Assembly: GCA_951406725.2 (NCBI GenBank)
Contig: OX597830.1
Location: 41,602,001-41,666,000, forward strand
Source of the DNA: Octopus vulgaris
Taxonomy: Eukaryota
Direction of reading: 5' to 3'
Length of the DNA: 64,000 bases
In this document: positions 1 through 12,050 of the stretch, one piece after another
Layout: each line of letters begins with the position of its first letter
How positions within the stretch are numbered: position 1 is the stretch's first letter
Program-made: the position numbers and the translations under genes
Notes under the pieces: model-generated
The model's database searches: none
Seen by the model: only the letters and a program-made list of their open reading frames with translations
Told to the model about the DNA's origin: nothing

Positions 1-435
1 TCTACTCTAGGCACAAGGCCCAACATTTTGGGGGGAGGAGGCCAGTCAATTAGATCAATCCCAGTATGCAACTGGTGCTTAATTTATCAACCCCGAAAGG
101 AAGAAAGGCAAAGTTGACCTTGGCAGCATTTGAACTCAGAACATAAAGACAGATGAAATACTGCTAAGCATTTCACCCGGCGTGCTAACATTTCTGCCAG
201 CTCACCACTTTTTTAAATATGTAGATATTTTTATATTCTTTTCTACTCTAACCACAAGGCCCAAAATTTTGGGGGAGGGTCCAGTTGATTATATGCAACT
301 GGTACTTAATTTATTGATCCCGAAAGGATGAAAAGCAAAGTCAACCTTGGCGGAATTTGAACTCAGAATGTAGCAACAGGTGAAATACTGCTAAGCATTC
401 CGTCCAGTATGCTGACATTTCTGCCAGCTCACCAC
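1..435 (-). mobile_element. Two tandem copies of tRNA-derived SINE family A (~1-212, ~240-435)
   Basis: Reverse complement of a recurring consensus: GGYGAGCTGGCAGAAA..TTAGCA..GAGTTCAAAT (B-box-like)..GTCGACTTTGCCTTTCATCCTTTCGGGGTCGATAAA..GTACCAG. Many other copies occur in the window (e.g. 37785-37972, 43860-44060). Confidence 0.85.
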
Positions 436-842
436 AGATATACGAAAAGACAGAATAGCCAGGACTGAAACACTTCTGATCATAAGTCTGCTTAACCTCG
501 TTTGGTTTGGGTCTTATCAACAACAACAACGGCATTAGACACTACTGCTGACTCAGTTGACTATAATACACCACCTCTACAACAATGGGCCTTGTGTGTG
601 GTGAATGAAAGAAGTTTTCGGCTGAACACTATATCTTTACCTTTTACTTGTTTCAGTCATTGGACTGCAGCCATGCTGGGGCACCACCTTGAAGTGTTTA
701 GTCAAACAAATCAACTCCGATGCTTATTTTTAAGCTTGATACTTATTCTGTCAATGTAATTTGCTGAACCACTATGTTACAAGGATGTAAACAAACCACC
801 ACTTGTTGTCAGGCAGTTATGGGAGACAATCGCAAAGACAAT

Positions 843-844
<2 letters not shown>

Positions 845-891
<47 letters not shown>

Positions 892-902
892 ACACACACA
901 CA
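845..902. repeat. (CA)n microsatellite, representative of many (CA)n, (TA)n, (GA)n, (AAT)n and (GAT)n tracts
   Basis: Seen directly. Other tracts at e.g. 6053-6100, 18100-18275, 24300-24435, 25780-25893 and 60815-60923. Confidence 0.95.
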
Positions 903-1402
903 CCTTATGACTTGGAGTTCTGTCTCACTGCATGGCATCTTGGGAAAATGAAGTAGATTTGGTAGGCGGAAACTGAAAGAAGCCTGTCGTATGTATATGT
1001 GTGTGTTCGCATGTACCCTTCTCTTGACTTCATAGTTGTAAACAAGCACCACTGTCACACAAGTGACACTATTTCCAGTCATCTATGAAAGACTTGTCCA
1101 GCCTTGGGAAAATGTTACTTTGCTGGGAAGCAGGTGAGGGTTAGCAACAACAAGAGTAGAATATCTACCTCAACAAATTCCATCTGACCCAGGCAATCAT
1201 GGAAAAGTTAAAACAATTATGATGTTCTACTTAATACTAAGTATTCAAATGCAAGGAAAGAGCTAGAACCTGTTCTGTTGGTTTTGCAAACTTTGTAACA
1301 GTAAACAGAGAAGCACACAGTGTCATTTAAGTTCTATTTCCCAAGTTGGTCTGAGAAAAATTGTTTTTAGTAAAATTTTTAACTTATGACAATGACATCA
1401 GT

Positions 1403-1975
1403 GTGAAGGCTCATGGCTTAGTGGTTAGGGTAATTGGCTCACAATTGTAAGGTTGTGAGTTCAGTTCCCAGCAGCACATTGTGTCCTTGAGCAAGACACT
1501 TTATTTCATGTGGTCCCAGTCCACTCAGCTGGCAAAAATGGCTTGTACTTGTAATTCAAAGGGCTGATCTTATTTTTTTATTGCCCACAAGGGGCTAAAC
1601 ATAGAGGGGACAAACAAGGACAGACAAAGGGATTAAGCCGATTACAACGACTCCAGTGCATAACTGGTACTTAATTTATTGACCCCGAAAGGATGAAAGG
1701 CAAAGTCGGCCTCGGCGGAATTTGAACCCAGAATGTAATGGCAGACGAAATACCACTAAGCATTTCGCCCAGCGTGCTAACGTTTCTACCATCTCGACGC
1801 CTTCAAAGGGCTGATCTTGTCACATTCTGTGTCAAGCTGAATCTCCTTGAGAATTATGTTAAAGGTACACTTGTCTGTGGAGTGCTCAGCCACTTGCATG
1901 TTAACTTCACGAGCAGTCTGTTCCATTAATCGGATCAACTGGAAAACCTTCATCTTCATAACCAACGGAGTATCA
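1403..1975 (+). mobile_element. SINE family C (tRNA head + TGTGTCCTTGAGCAAGACACTT core) interrupted by a minus-strand family A SINE (~1572-1801)
   Basis: A-box TGGCTTAGTGG and B-box GAGTTCAGTTC. The insert is flanked by a direct repeat TTCAAAGGGCTGATCTT (1555-1571 and 1802-1818). Other family C copies at ~12070-12340(-), 32430-32755(+) and 40375-40540(+). Confidence 0.85.
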
Positions 1976-2540
1976 GTTAAGTTAATGACATCAGTAGCCC
2001 TGCACTGTCACCTGGCAACCATTAATTATCTGTTTGTTTTATTATGAAAGGACTGTGGAATCTAATTGAGATATATGATGTGTAATTCATATCATTAGAC
2101 CCGTGAAATGATAGAGATGTCCAACTAGTTAATAACTGATTCACTGTAACGACAAAGGTAAAAGGATAAAAACGATATTTGTGTACTTAGACTTCAAATG
2201 CTTCTATTCCATTCATTGAGATGATCCCATTTGTAACCCGTGGAATTTAAATTGGTTATATCCAGCTCTTATATTCTACCTGTTTTGTTAAAACTGGCCA
2301 GATTTGGCTTCTCACACCTACCCTACTATGTCACTGGTAAAATAAACAGCCACTTCATTGAAATCTCAAAGCTATGACATAGTGTATGACTAATTCAAAA
2401 CAATGTGAATAAATAAGCATCAAATTTGGCAGAGTAATCTGAATGCTAAAGGATTACTACCCAAGTGTTGAAGCCTCTCATCCAGTGTGTAAGTTTTGAC
2501 ATGGTATGTTGCACTTGTGAAAACATTATTTCTATTATTT

Positions 2541-3138
2541 ACATTATTTACATTTCACGGATATTTGTCCTCATCTTGTTTGTTGTTAACACGTTTCGGT
2601 TGATATACCCCCCAGCCTTCATCAGGTGTTGTGGTGAAATTTTGAACCTGGGTTCTCATTCCTAAGGTATTTTTTGATATTATTGGCTGTGTGGTTAGGG
2701 AGCTTGCTTCCTGGCTACATGGTTTCGGGTTCAGTCCCACTGCATGGCACTTTGGGTAGGTGTCTTCCACTATAACCCCGAGCCGACCGAAGATTTGTGA
2801 TTGAATTCGGTAGGCAGAAGTTACTGCCGTGTGTGTATGTGTGCGTATAGCTGCTCAGTGCCTCTCCGAAAGAGAGAGAGGGATTATTCTGGTCACTGCT
2901 TGAGCTACTAACCCCAAGATTCTGAGTTCGATTCCAGTCAGTGACCTGAAGGAGGAGGAGGAGGAAGAAGACCAACAACAACAACATCATTGGAAAATAC
3001 CTTAGGAATGAGAACCCAGGTTCAAAATTTCCCCAAGACACCTGATGAAGGTGTTAACATCAAACAAGATGAAGACAAATATCCATCAAATGTAAATAAT
3101 GTACTTAATTCCTCATCTCTTAAATATAGAACTGTACA
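2541..3138 (+). mobile_element. Palindromic tRNA-head/hammerhead-like retroelement, copy 1 (centre disrupted by a family B SINE at ~2684-2850)
   Basis: Inverted arms at ~2541-2670 and ~2905-3138, homologous to 20683-21298. Flanking direct repeat ATTTCTATT(A/T)TTT at 2528-2540 and 3139-3151. Confidence 0.8.
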
Positions 3139-3167
3139 ATTTCTATTTTTTTTTCTTTTTTGTTTAA

Positions 3168-3380
3168 CCCTTTAGCATTCACATTGTTTTGTCAAAAGTA
3201 ATGCTTATTTATTCATATGTCTTTAATTAATCATGTAATATATCTTGTAGCTTTGATGAGGTAGCTGTTAATGCTTAGAATGACATTGTAGGGTAGGTGT
3301 GAGAGGCCACATCTGGCCAGTTTAACTACAAAAGAGGTAGAATATTTGGGCTGGATATGACCAGTTTAAATACTAAAGGG
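3168..3380 (+). mobile_element. piggyBac-type MITE (~215 bp, TTAA target, CCCTTTAG termini)
   Basis: TTAA|CCCTTTAGCATT...AATACTAAAGGG|TTAA. Other copies at ~2237-2452, 6914-7132, 27632-27838, 36454-36679 and 43401-43620. Confidence 0.85.
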
Positions 3381-3436
3381 TTAATTTCATGTTGATCCAC
3401 TATAATAATATTCAATATTTTCTTTCTTTTTTTTAG

Positions 3437-3463
3437 CCAAAGAAAACACATGAAGAATTATAA
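3437..3463 (+). CDS. Putative terminal coding exon (PKKTHEEL*) of an ER-luminal protein whose upstream exons were not found in the window
   Basis: Strong acceptor TTTCTTTCTTTTTTTTAG at 3436, then CCA AAG AAA ACA CAT GAA GAA TTA TAA. HEEL-stop is a KDEL-type retention signal. About 450 bp of SINE-free AT-rich, UTR-like sequence follows. Confidence 0.5.
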   Translation, partial: PKKTHEEL

Positions 3464-4813
3464 CGGACTGAACTAATGAATTTCTTTTAACAATTTCCAA
3501 GGAGAAAAGGGAAATTTACATTACTCAAAAAATATAACGAATTAAGGTTTTAGCTTTGAACTATTTTTTAACAAGGAAGTTTAAAAAAAATTTTTTTGAA
3601 GGGAGTCTGAAAAATTCCCTAGCACTTTTTTAGCAAGTCTTTTCCTTTTTTTTGCTTCAGCTAGGGGATTGTGTATTTATATATATTTATATATTTTCAT
3701 TTCTTTGCTGCTTTATTGGCAAATAGTCATTATGTCATGGGCAAATAGTCATTATGCCGAGGGTCTTATGCTTTGTTGGTGTGGAAAGGAAATATAAAAA
3801 GTCCTTATAGATTTCCCAGAAAATTATTATTTCTAAAGTCATATCATTTCAGATTATTAACCTCATCTTGATACATTTACATCTACACAATATCATCTAG
3901 ATTCGAACTAGGAACCTTTGTTTCTGCAGTTATAGGCACAGGTGTGGCTGTGTGGTAAAAAAGTTTGCTTTCAAACTACATGTGTGGTACTTTGTGCATG
4001 TGTCTTCTGCTATAGCCCCAGGCCAACCAAAGCTCTGTAAGTGTATTTGGTAGATAGAAATTGAAAGAAACCCATCATATTGTGTGTGTGTTTGACATTG
4101 TGTGATAGCTGTAAATGAGTGTCACCATCACACAAGCAGTGTCATTCATTTTCAATATTCCACAAGGACATATCTGGTCTCGGAAAAATATTATTTCACT
4201 TGGAAACACCTGAGGGTTGGTTACAGAAAGGGCATCTGACCATGGAAAAATCTGCCTTAAATAAACTCCCTCTGACTCAACTAAGCATGGAAAAGTGGAC
4301 ATTAAATGATAAGCATGATGATGATGATGGTGATATCTCCTAGGCCACTAATACAGATACAACCTCAATATAGCTGCCTTTACTAAAAGATAAAAAGGAA
4401 TAACCAAAAGTTGTAACATTAATTGTGCTTACTCTATCGGTCTCAAAAGAGACCGACAAAATAAGAACTAGGCTTTAAGAAAAAAAAAAAGTTTTAGGGT
4501 CAATTCATTCAACTAAAAATTCTTCAAGTCAGTGCCCCAGTATGGCCACAGGTAATGAGTGAAACAAGTATAATAAAAAAAACTGTACCTATTATCTGAA
4601 CTCTTAGCTTAGAAATAAAGACATCAGTCTGGAATTGTGTATATTCACTAATGAGGAGGGGATTGACAGAATTGATGGAACATCAGACACGGTTGTGAGG
4701 CTGTGTTTGTTTTGCCTCTTTAAATCCTGAGTTCAATCTCTAGCTAATCTTACTCTGCCTTTTATCTTTCTAGTGTTTATAATATAAAGAACACATCAAG
4801 TATTAATTTAATC

Positions 4814-5075
4814 CAGTGGTTCTCAAAGTGGGCAGTGGAAAGATCAAGTGGGGCAATAGTAGGGTAGCCAAAATGGGGCAATGGATGTAACCCCACACAC
4901 ATAAACACCCCAAAAAATAATGGGTTAATTCGGTTAAGTTTTATTTGTGAACTACTGTTGTTTTAAATTTGCTGCAGAAAATGGTCTACGTTTGTGGTGC
5001 TGATGGGGCGGGGGTCTTGGAATATGGTTTGAGTGTCAATGCGAGCAGCAGCCCAAAAAAGTTTGGGAACCACTG
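4814..5075. mobile_element. hAT (Charlie-like) MITE
   Basis: TIRs CAGTGGTTCTCAAA / TTTGGGAACCACTG. Degenerate 8-bp TSD ATTTAATC / ATTTGACC. Confidence 0.7.
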
Positions 5076-5867
5076 ATTTGACCAACTGCTTTCATTGCTC
5101 TTACATTTCTGGTCTCATGTCTATCTTAGAAACTATAATTGTGTACAGAAGGTAACACTTGTTGATTACGGAAGGTCAAACTGATGAGATTTAAAGAAAA
5201 AAGAAAAAATTAACCGCAAGTGCAGGTATGGCTTTGTGGCTGTTAAGAAGATTACTTTACAACCATGTGGTTGTGGATAAGTCTCAAGACCTGACCAATG
5301 TCCTGTGAGTGAATTTGGTAGATGGAAACTATGTAGAAGCTTGTCATGTTTCTGTGTCTTTCAATTTGTTCCCATTAACAGCATTGTCATTTGACAGTGT
5401 TGGTTTGTTTACATCCCCCCTAACTCAGTTGAGCCACTAATTTATGAGGGGATGTGAAAAAAAAAGGGATTGATGGAATAAATAACAAACATTAAAAATA
5501 AATAACTACTGAGGCAGTGCTCCAGTATGGCTGCAATCCAGTGACTGAAACAAGTAAAAAGAGAGAAGAAAAAGAAAGATGAGATTGTGTGAAAAATGAT
5601 AACTTTATTTCTGATGCTGCATATCAGATTTTTGGACATTTATTTTGATATTTTTGTTTTATAGTTGTTGTCATCTTACTTTTGTATATTTCTGAAAACT
5701 GTCTCGATACTTCAGATGCATAATGAAGGTGCTATATTTTATGAGCATTAATCAAGTTTTAGTATCAGATCATGATGAGATGAAAAAAGAAGATTAATAC
5801 AGGCATACCTTAACTCACATCATTTTCAGTTAGGCTTTTTCATCTTTATCATTTTTTTTTTTTTTTA

Positions 5868-6053
5868 GGCATGGCTGTGTGGTAAGAAGCTTGCTTCCCA
5901 ACCACATGGTTCTGGGTTCAATCCCGCCATGTGGAACCTTGGGCGAGTGTCTTCTACTCATTCAGTCCCACTGTGTGGGACCTTGGGCGAGTGTCTTCTA
6001 TTTGCCATGCTTTGTGAGTGGATTTGGTAGGCAGAAACTGAAAGAAGCCCACC

Positions 6054-6103
<50 letters not shown>

Positions 6104-6365
6104 ACATAGGTGCAGGAGTGGCTGTGTGGTAAGAAGCTTGCTTCTGAACCTCATGGTTCCAGGCACAGTCCCACTGCATAGCACCTTAGGCAAGTATCTT
6201 CTACTATAGCCTCAGGCTGACCAAAGCCTTGTGGGTGGATTTAGTAGATGGAAACTGAAAGAAGCTCGTCATATGTGTGTGTGTCTGTATTTGTCCCCTA
6301 CCACTGTTTAACAATCGGTGTTGATGTGTTTACATCTCTGTAACTTAGCGGTCCAACAAAATAGG
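5868..6365 (+). mobile_element. Two tandem SINE family B copies (CORE-like, GCACCTTGGGCAAGTGTCTT) separated by (TA)n
   Basis: Head GGCTGTGTGGTAAGAAGCTTGCTT..GGGTTCAGTCCC, CORE-like block and internal microsatellite. Other copies at ~3935-4320, 15975-16395(-), 26968-27130(-), 33615-33990, 35470-35890 and 46370-46715. Confidence 0.85.
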
Positions 6366-7316
6366 CATTATTACAAATATAAATTAATTTTGATTAGATA
6401 CAGCATTAACCTTTGAACTGGAAAAGTTGAACTGATTGAACTGGCACCAATATATTGCCAATAATTAGTTTATCAACTTGAAAGAGATGAAGTCTAAATT
6501 AATTTGTATTTACAAAAAAATTAGAATTTTGAACAAATAAGCTCTGAAATAAATTGTAGCAATTCATGTATTATAGAAGCATTACATTCATGAAAATCTC
6601 ATCTTAACTCTTTGGCATTCAAATTCCTGTCAAATGTAATGCTTATTTGTTAACATAAAAAAAAAATTCATTGTGCATTTATTTTATAGCTTTGAGATTT
6701 CAATGATGTACCAACAAAATATGTGCCAGGCTTTACAAAAAGAAATAACAAGTACTGAGATCAGTTCAGTTGACCAAAGATTTCTTCAAGGCAGTGCTCC
6801 TGCATGGCCACAGTTTAATGACTGAAACAAGTAAAAGATAAAAGAATGGTCAAAATAATCTCAATTTGAGTTGATTTATCCAACTTTACATTGGCTTTGG
6901 TGAACATATTTAACCCTTTAATGTTCTGATTATTCTATCAAACATAATGCTTATTGATTCACATTGATTTGAATTAATCATGCATTATCTTATATCTACA
7001 AGATCTTGATGGTGTAATTACCTAATGTAGAATAACATTGTAGGGTAGGTGTGAGAGCCTGGATCTGGTCAGTTTGAACATAAAACAGATTAAATATTTT
7101 GGCCGGATATGGCCGGTTTAAATACTAAAGGGTTAATAACATAAAACATTTCTTTAAAAACACAAAAAAATCAATACTGACATAGAAAACCAAATAAAAT
7201 TCTTTTAGCAAAAGTCAATAAAGTAAAATACCAGCCATATACTGGGTCAATGGTAGTAACACCACTGCCTCTAGGAATTGCTGGTCATATGAGAAACCAT
7301 TATTATTATTGCTGTT

Positions 7317-7980
7317 AAGGCAGTGAGCTGGCAGAATCGTTAGCACGCTGGATGAAATGCTTAACGGTATTTCACCTGCCGCTATGTTCTGGGTTCAAAT
7401 TCTGCCAACATCAACTTCATCCTTTCAGGGGTCGATAAAATAAGTACCAATCAAGTACTGGGGTTGATGTGATTGACTTTCCCCTTCTCCCAAAATTTCA
7501 GGCCTTGTGCATATAATAGAAAGGATTTATTATTAATATTATTATTATTATTATTATTGTTGTTGTTGTTATTAAGGTGGCAAGCTGGCAGAATTGTTAG
7601 CATGCTGGACGAAATGCTTAGTGGTATTTCGCCCATCACTATGTTCTGAGTTCAAATTCCGACAAGGTCGACTTTGCCTTTCACACTTTCAGGGTCGATG
7701 AAATAGGTACCAGTTGAACACCGGGGTTGATGTAATCGACTCATCCCCAGCTGTCCTTGTGATAAAAATTTGAAATTATTATCATCATCATCATCATCAT
7801 CATTATTATTATTATTATTATTGTTACTGTTGTTGTTGTTGTTAAGATGGCGAGTTGGCAGAATTGTTAGCAGGCCTGGCAAAATGCTTAGTAGCATTTC
7901 GCCCATCTTTATGTGCTGATTTCAAATGCTTCCAAGGCTAACTTTGTCTCATCCTTTCGGGGGTCAACAAAATAAGTACT
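7317..7980 (+). mobile_element. Three head-to-tail SINE family A copies separated by (TTA/TTG)n
   Basis: Heads AAGG..GCTGGCAGAAT start at ~7317, ~7574 and ~7845. A similar pair lies at ~15061-15415. Confidence 0.85.
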
Positions 7981-9895
7981 ACTCAAATAACTTAGTTATC
8001 ATTAAGCTAGTGTTAGGAACATAAATTGTGACTAATTTTAATTTTTTTCTTGGAGTTCCCCCACACACATTCTTACCCCACTGTACCATTTGGTGTATCT
8101 AGAAATACCTGAGTGTATTCCTAGCTCCATTCTGCTTACATTATTTATAAAACAACCGGGTTATTAAACTTATTGTATATTTACTTACTCAAGGCGTTAA
8201 ACAAATCATTGGTTTACTTCGGGCTTTCTTCTGTTGAAGGGTAACATGGTAAGCATACATTGGTTACGACTTTTTGGTCAATTTATTGTGTGACAATAAA
8301 ATCCATATTTCTAATTAACCCTTATATCCTCTCAAATATATCCTCTCAAAATATCATTACCTTTGGCAGCAGAAAGAAGTTTTATATACCAATCTATGTT
8401 TTGTGAAGGCATGTCAAGTTTATTGAGGTCACAATTCTTTTTTTTTTTTCTTTTTTTTTTGTGAATATTTAGATGAGAAGATGTGAATGGATTATCGAAA
8501 TAGGACAGGAATGAGTTTTAATCTGACAATGTCTATATATCTTAATGCTTCAAATATTATATTCATAAGAGGTGGGGGTTTGCAAAATTGATAGTTTCAG
8601 TCATCACTCAGGATCCTGTACATTATTTCATGCCAGCAATCATAATATTTGGCCTTTTTGAATAGTTTATATAAGTGAGTATGTGTAGAAGAAAATTTAA
8701 TTTTGTTTTTAATGGTTTAATCAAAGGAGGAAGAATGATGTCTCAGAGATTGCTAAGAGGAAAGGAAAAAGTTATCTTCAAACTAGAAACTGCTCCAGAT
8801 GTCTGCAACAGAAGAGACCCCACTGAAGTCATCCCTGGTGATGATGGCAGTGGTGAAGCTGGTCATTCAAGAACAGGAACAGTCACTCCACCAAATTTTA
8901 TTTATTAAGCATTTGGTCAGCCTGAGATTTGTATTAAGATACATTTACCCAGGGTGTCATGGAGAACTGAGACCAAACCTGAAAGAACATAGTCACAAAT
9001 CAAACTTCTTGTCCACATTGCCAAGTCAGTGGTCATTACCTTTGAAATAAGCTGAAAAAAGACCAACAGATTAATTTTTGTGAGTGTGTGTGTGTGTGAT
9101 GATAATCTGAGGTTTAATAGGAAATCAAGCACAAATTGTCTCATGGTGTCATCCCTGATTGTTGAAATTTGGGAAAAAACCACCAAAAATCATTTCTCAT
9201 AATAGGAAACTTGAAAAAAAAAACACAAAAGAAAAATGCAATTGTTTATGTAGAATAAATATATTTGTCTTCCAATTTGAAGTTCTGATGTTTATTGTCT
9301 TTTGAAACAATTGTATAAAAAAATGTACGTTTATCAGGCCAGGGCTGATATGTAGCATGGTTCATATTCTACCAATAGAAGACCTTCCATCCATGTGAAC
9401 TTCTTATTTTTGCTTTTTTTTTTTTTCATGTTCTTCAGACTGGGAATTAAAATGAATATTCTTGTGTCAATTTTTTTTTAATTTATTGGGTCAGTAAAAT
9501 ATATTGTTTTTTTATCTGAAAACGAATATTTGAGAATTTAGAAAGAAAGAGGGCAATTGTATAATATAATGAGAGGACTTTGTGGAAAATCCTTTTTTTT
9601 TTAAATAAAGTTTATTTTCCAAGGAACACTGGTGTTTTTGTGCTTTTTAGGAATCGGACAAACTTCTTTGAAATTATATTAACACATCAACAGATAGACT
9701 TATTTGCATACATGTCTCTAACCAGCAACTCATTTTGCTTCAAGGTGCAATGAGTATACAACCCTAAAGAATTCAAGTGAGTCATTCTTGTTCACCTTCA
9801 GTGCAAGTTGTCTTGCCTAATCTTAGACATTCAGCATTCTTTAACACTTAGAGATTTTACCTTGCAGTAAATTGGTGTATAAACAAAATACATAC

Positions 9896-10630
9896 ACATA
9901 AGTGCCACACCCTAGCAGTTGAGGGAACCGGTGGAAGAGGTAGACCCAGGAAAACCTGGGACGAGGTGGTGAAGTACGACCTTCGAACTTTTGGTCTCAC
10001 CAATGAAATGACTAGAGACCGAGGCCTTTGGAAGTATGCTGTGTGTAAGAAGACCCGGCAGGACAAGTGAGGCCATGACCGAGACCTTTGGAAGTATGCT
10101 GTACGTAAGAAGACCCGGCAGGACAAGTGGCCGCAGTCCACTTTATACATACCTTTCCTTCTTGGGACACAAAACTCTACTTGTGAAGACCTGTTGAGGC
10201 AAGTGAAAGACAAAAACAAAATCAAAATCGATCAACATCAATGGAAATCATAGCTGTGATACCAGTGCTGGTGGCACATAAGAGAACCATCCGAATGTGG
10301 CCATTGCCAGTGCCGCTCCGACTGCCTCTGTGCCAGTGGCACGTAAAAAGCACCATCCGATCGTGGCCATTGCCAGCCTGGCCTGGCCTCCGTGCCAGTG
10401 GCACATAAAAAGCACCATCCGATCGTGGTCATTGCCAGCCTCGCCTGGCACCTGTGCCGGTGGCACGTAAAAAGCACCCACTACACTCATGGAGGGCATC
10501 CAGCCGTAGAAACATTGCCAGATCAGACTGGGCCTGGTGCAGCCTTCTGGCTTCCCAGACCCCAGTTGAACTGTCCAACCCATCCAGCATGGAAAGTGGA
10601 CGCTAAACGATGATGATGATGATGATGAAT
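9896..10630 (+). mobile_element. 3' end of an RTE-clade LINE: ORF C-terminus, 3'UTR minisatellite and (GAT)n tail
   Basis: Translates ..CHTLAVEGTGGRGRPRKTWDEVVKYDLRTFGLTNEMTRDRGLWKYAV.. (RTE-type GRPRKTW end). UTR has ~60-bp repeats with GTGCC(A/G)GTGGCAC palindromes. Same tail at ~11486-11695(-), 23790-24170, 33050-33530, 48313-48460(-) and 51260-51505. Confidence 0.85.
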
Positions 10631-11837
10631 GCTTGCATTATTAGAATTGCTTTTAATTCAAAATACATTAACATTTGTTTCCTGTTTCAAGTCAGTCGCT
10701 TAAGCTTTGTAGATGGAAATAATTTCATAACAGCTCATTCTGCTGTGCAGTTTATTTTTCACAATGAAAGTCAAGGCTGTATGTTTACACATTATTCTCA
10801 ATTTGTTAGCAGTGCATAAACAAACATTGTGCAACTCAATTGAAAATGTCTATATATTGTGTATTTAATGAGGTGCCACACCTCATGTTAAATACACAAA
10901 TTTAAAGTATTTCAAATAATTTCTATTAGGTTGCTAATGATTTCTAAGAACTTATTTGGTTTGCATGGGAAGAAAAAAACAACTGTCCATTGTGTCTTTT
11001 TTTATTATTTCTGTGACCTCTGGCTAGTTTTATTTTTATTTTCTTCCATATAATAAAGCAACAGGTAGCACCATTTTCTCATATGTATAATTTCAAAGTT
11101 TGCTATTCACTTTTATTAATCCGATGTTTAGAACATAAATCAACATGAAATTTTGGTGGAAGATTCTAATTTAGATCACATGAAGTTTGTATCATTGAGT
11201 CAGGTGCTGTCTCAAGAGTGTTGCCATCAAAAAGGTTAAATGGGCTGAATGAAATTAAATGAGGTACCTGGTTTTCTATGGACAAATAAGAGTTCTATCC
11301 CTTCTTAGAATCAAGTATTTATATCAACTACATTATACAACAGCATATGGGATATTGTTAATCCCCGTTGTTTCATTCATATAGGGAAACATATTGTTGC
11401 TCCATTCATTTAAGAAAATGAAAATATTTTCTTCGACATCAAAGTATTGCATTTCATGAAACTTTCATTTTTTTCTTATTTTTTATCATCATCATCATCA
11501 TTATCGTTTAACGTCCACTTTCCATGCTGGCACAGGTTGGACGGTTTGACTGAGGACTGGCAAGCCAGATGGCTGCACCAAGCTCTAATTTGATCTGGTA
11601 GAGTTTCGACAGCTGAATGCTCTTCCTAATGCCAACCACTCCGAGAGTGTAGTGGGTGCTTTTACATGCCACCGGCATGAGGGCCAGTCAGGTAAAGTGA
11701 AGTAAATCAGACTTTGCCTTGTAATACTACAAAACATTGATTCATTTCAGGTGAAACTTTTGCTCCATTTTTAGTACTGAATTGTTTTGCTTACTAACTG
11801 GAACTCTGTTGGTTAAGGTGATGAGTATTCTTATTTC

Positions 11838-12050
11838 TTTATTGCCTACAGGGGGCTACACACAGAGGGGACAAATGGATTAAGTCGATTATATCGACCC
11901 CAGTGCGTAACTGGTACTTGTTTAATCGATCCCAAAAGCATGAAAGCAAAGTCGACCTTGGCGGAATTTGAACTCAGAACATAGCGGCAGATGAAATACT
12001 GCCAAGCATTTCACCTGGCATGCTAACATTTCTGCCAGCTCGCTGCCTCA
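11838..12050 (-). mobile_element. SINE family A inserted in the tail of a family C SINE
   Basis: Flanking direct repeat TGATGAGTATTCTTATT at ~11819-11835 and ~12051-12067. Confidence 0.8.

Noticed and set aside
8675-9186. Non-repetitive-looking ORFs at 8675-9186
   Set aside because: No recognisable motif or convincing splice boundaries; could be UTR or an ancient repeat, so it cannot be called.
10255-10480. CRISPR-like array of palindromic repeats (also 33110-33350)
   Set aside because: The intervening sequences resemble each other rather than being unique spacers, there are no cas genes, the context is eukaryotic, and the array is part of an RTE LINE 3'UTR.
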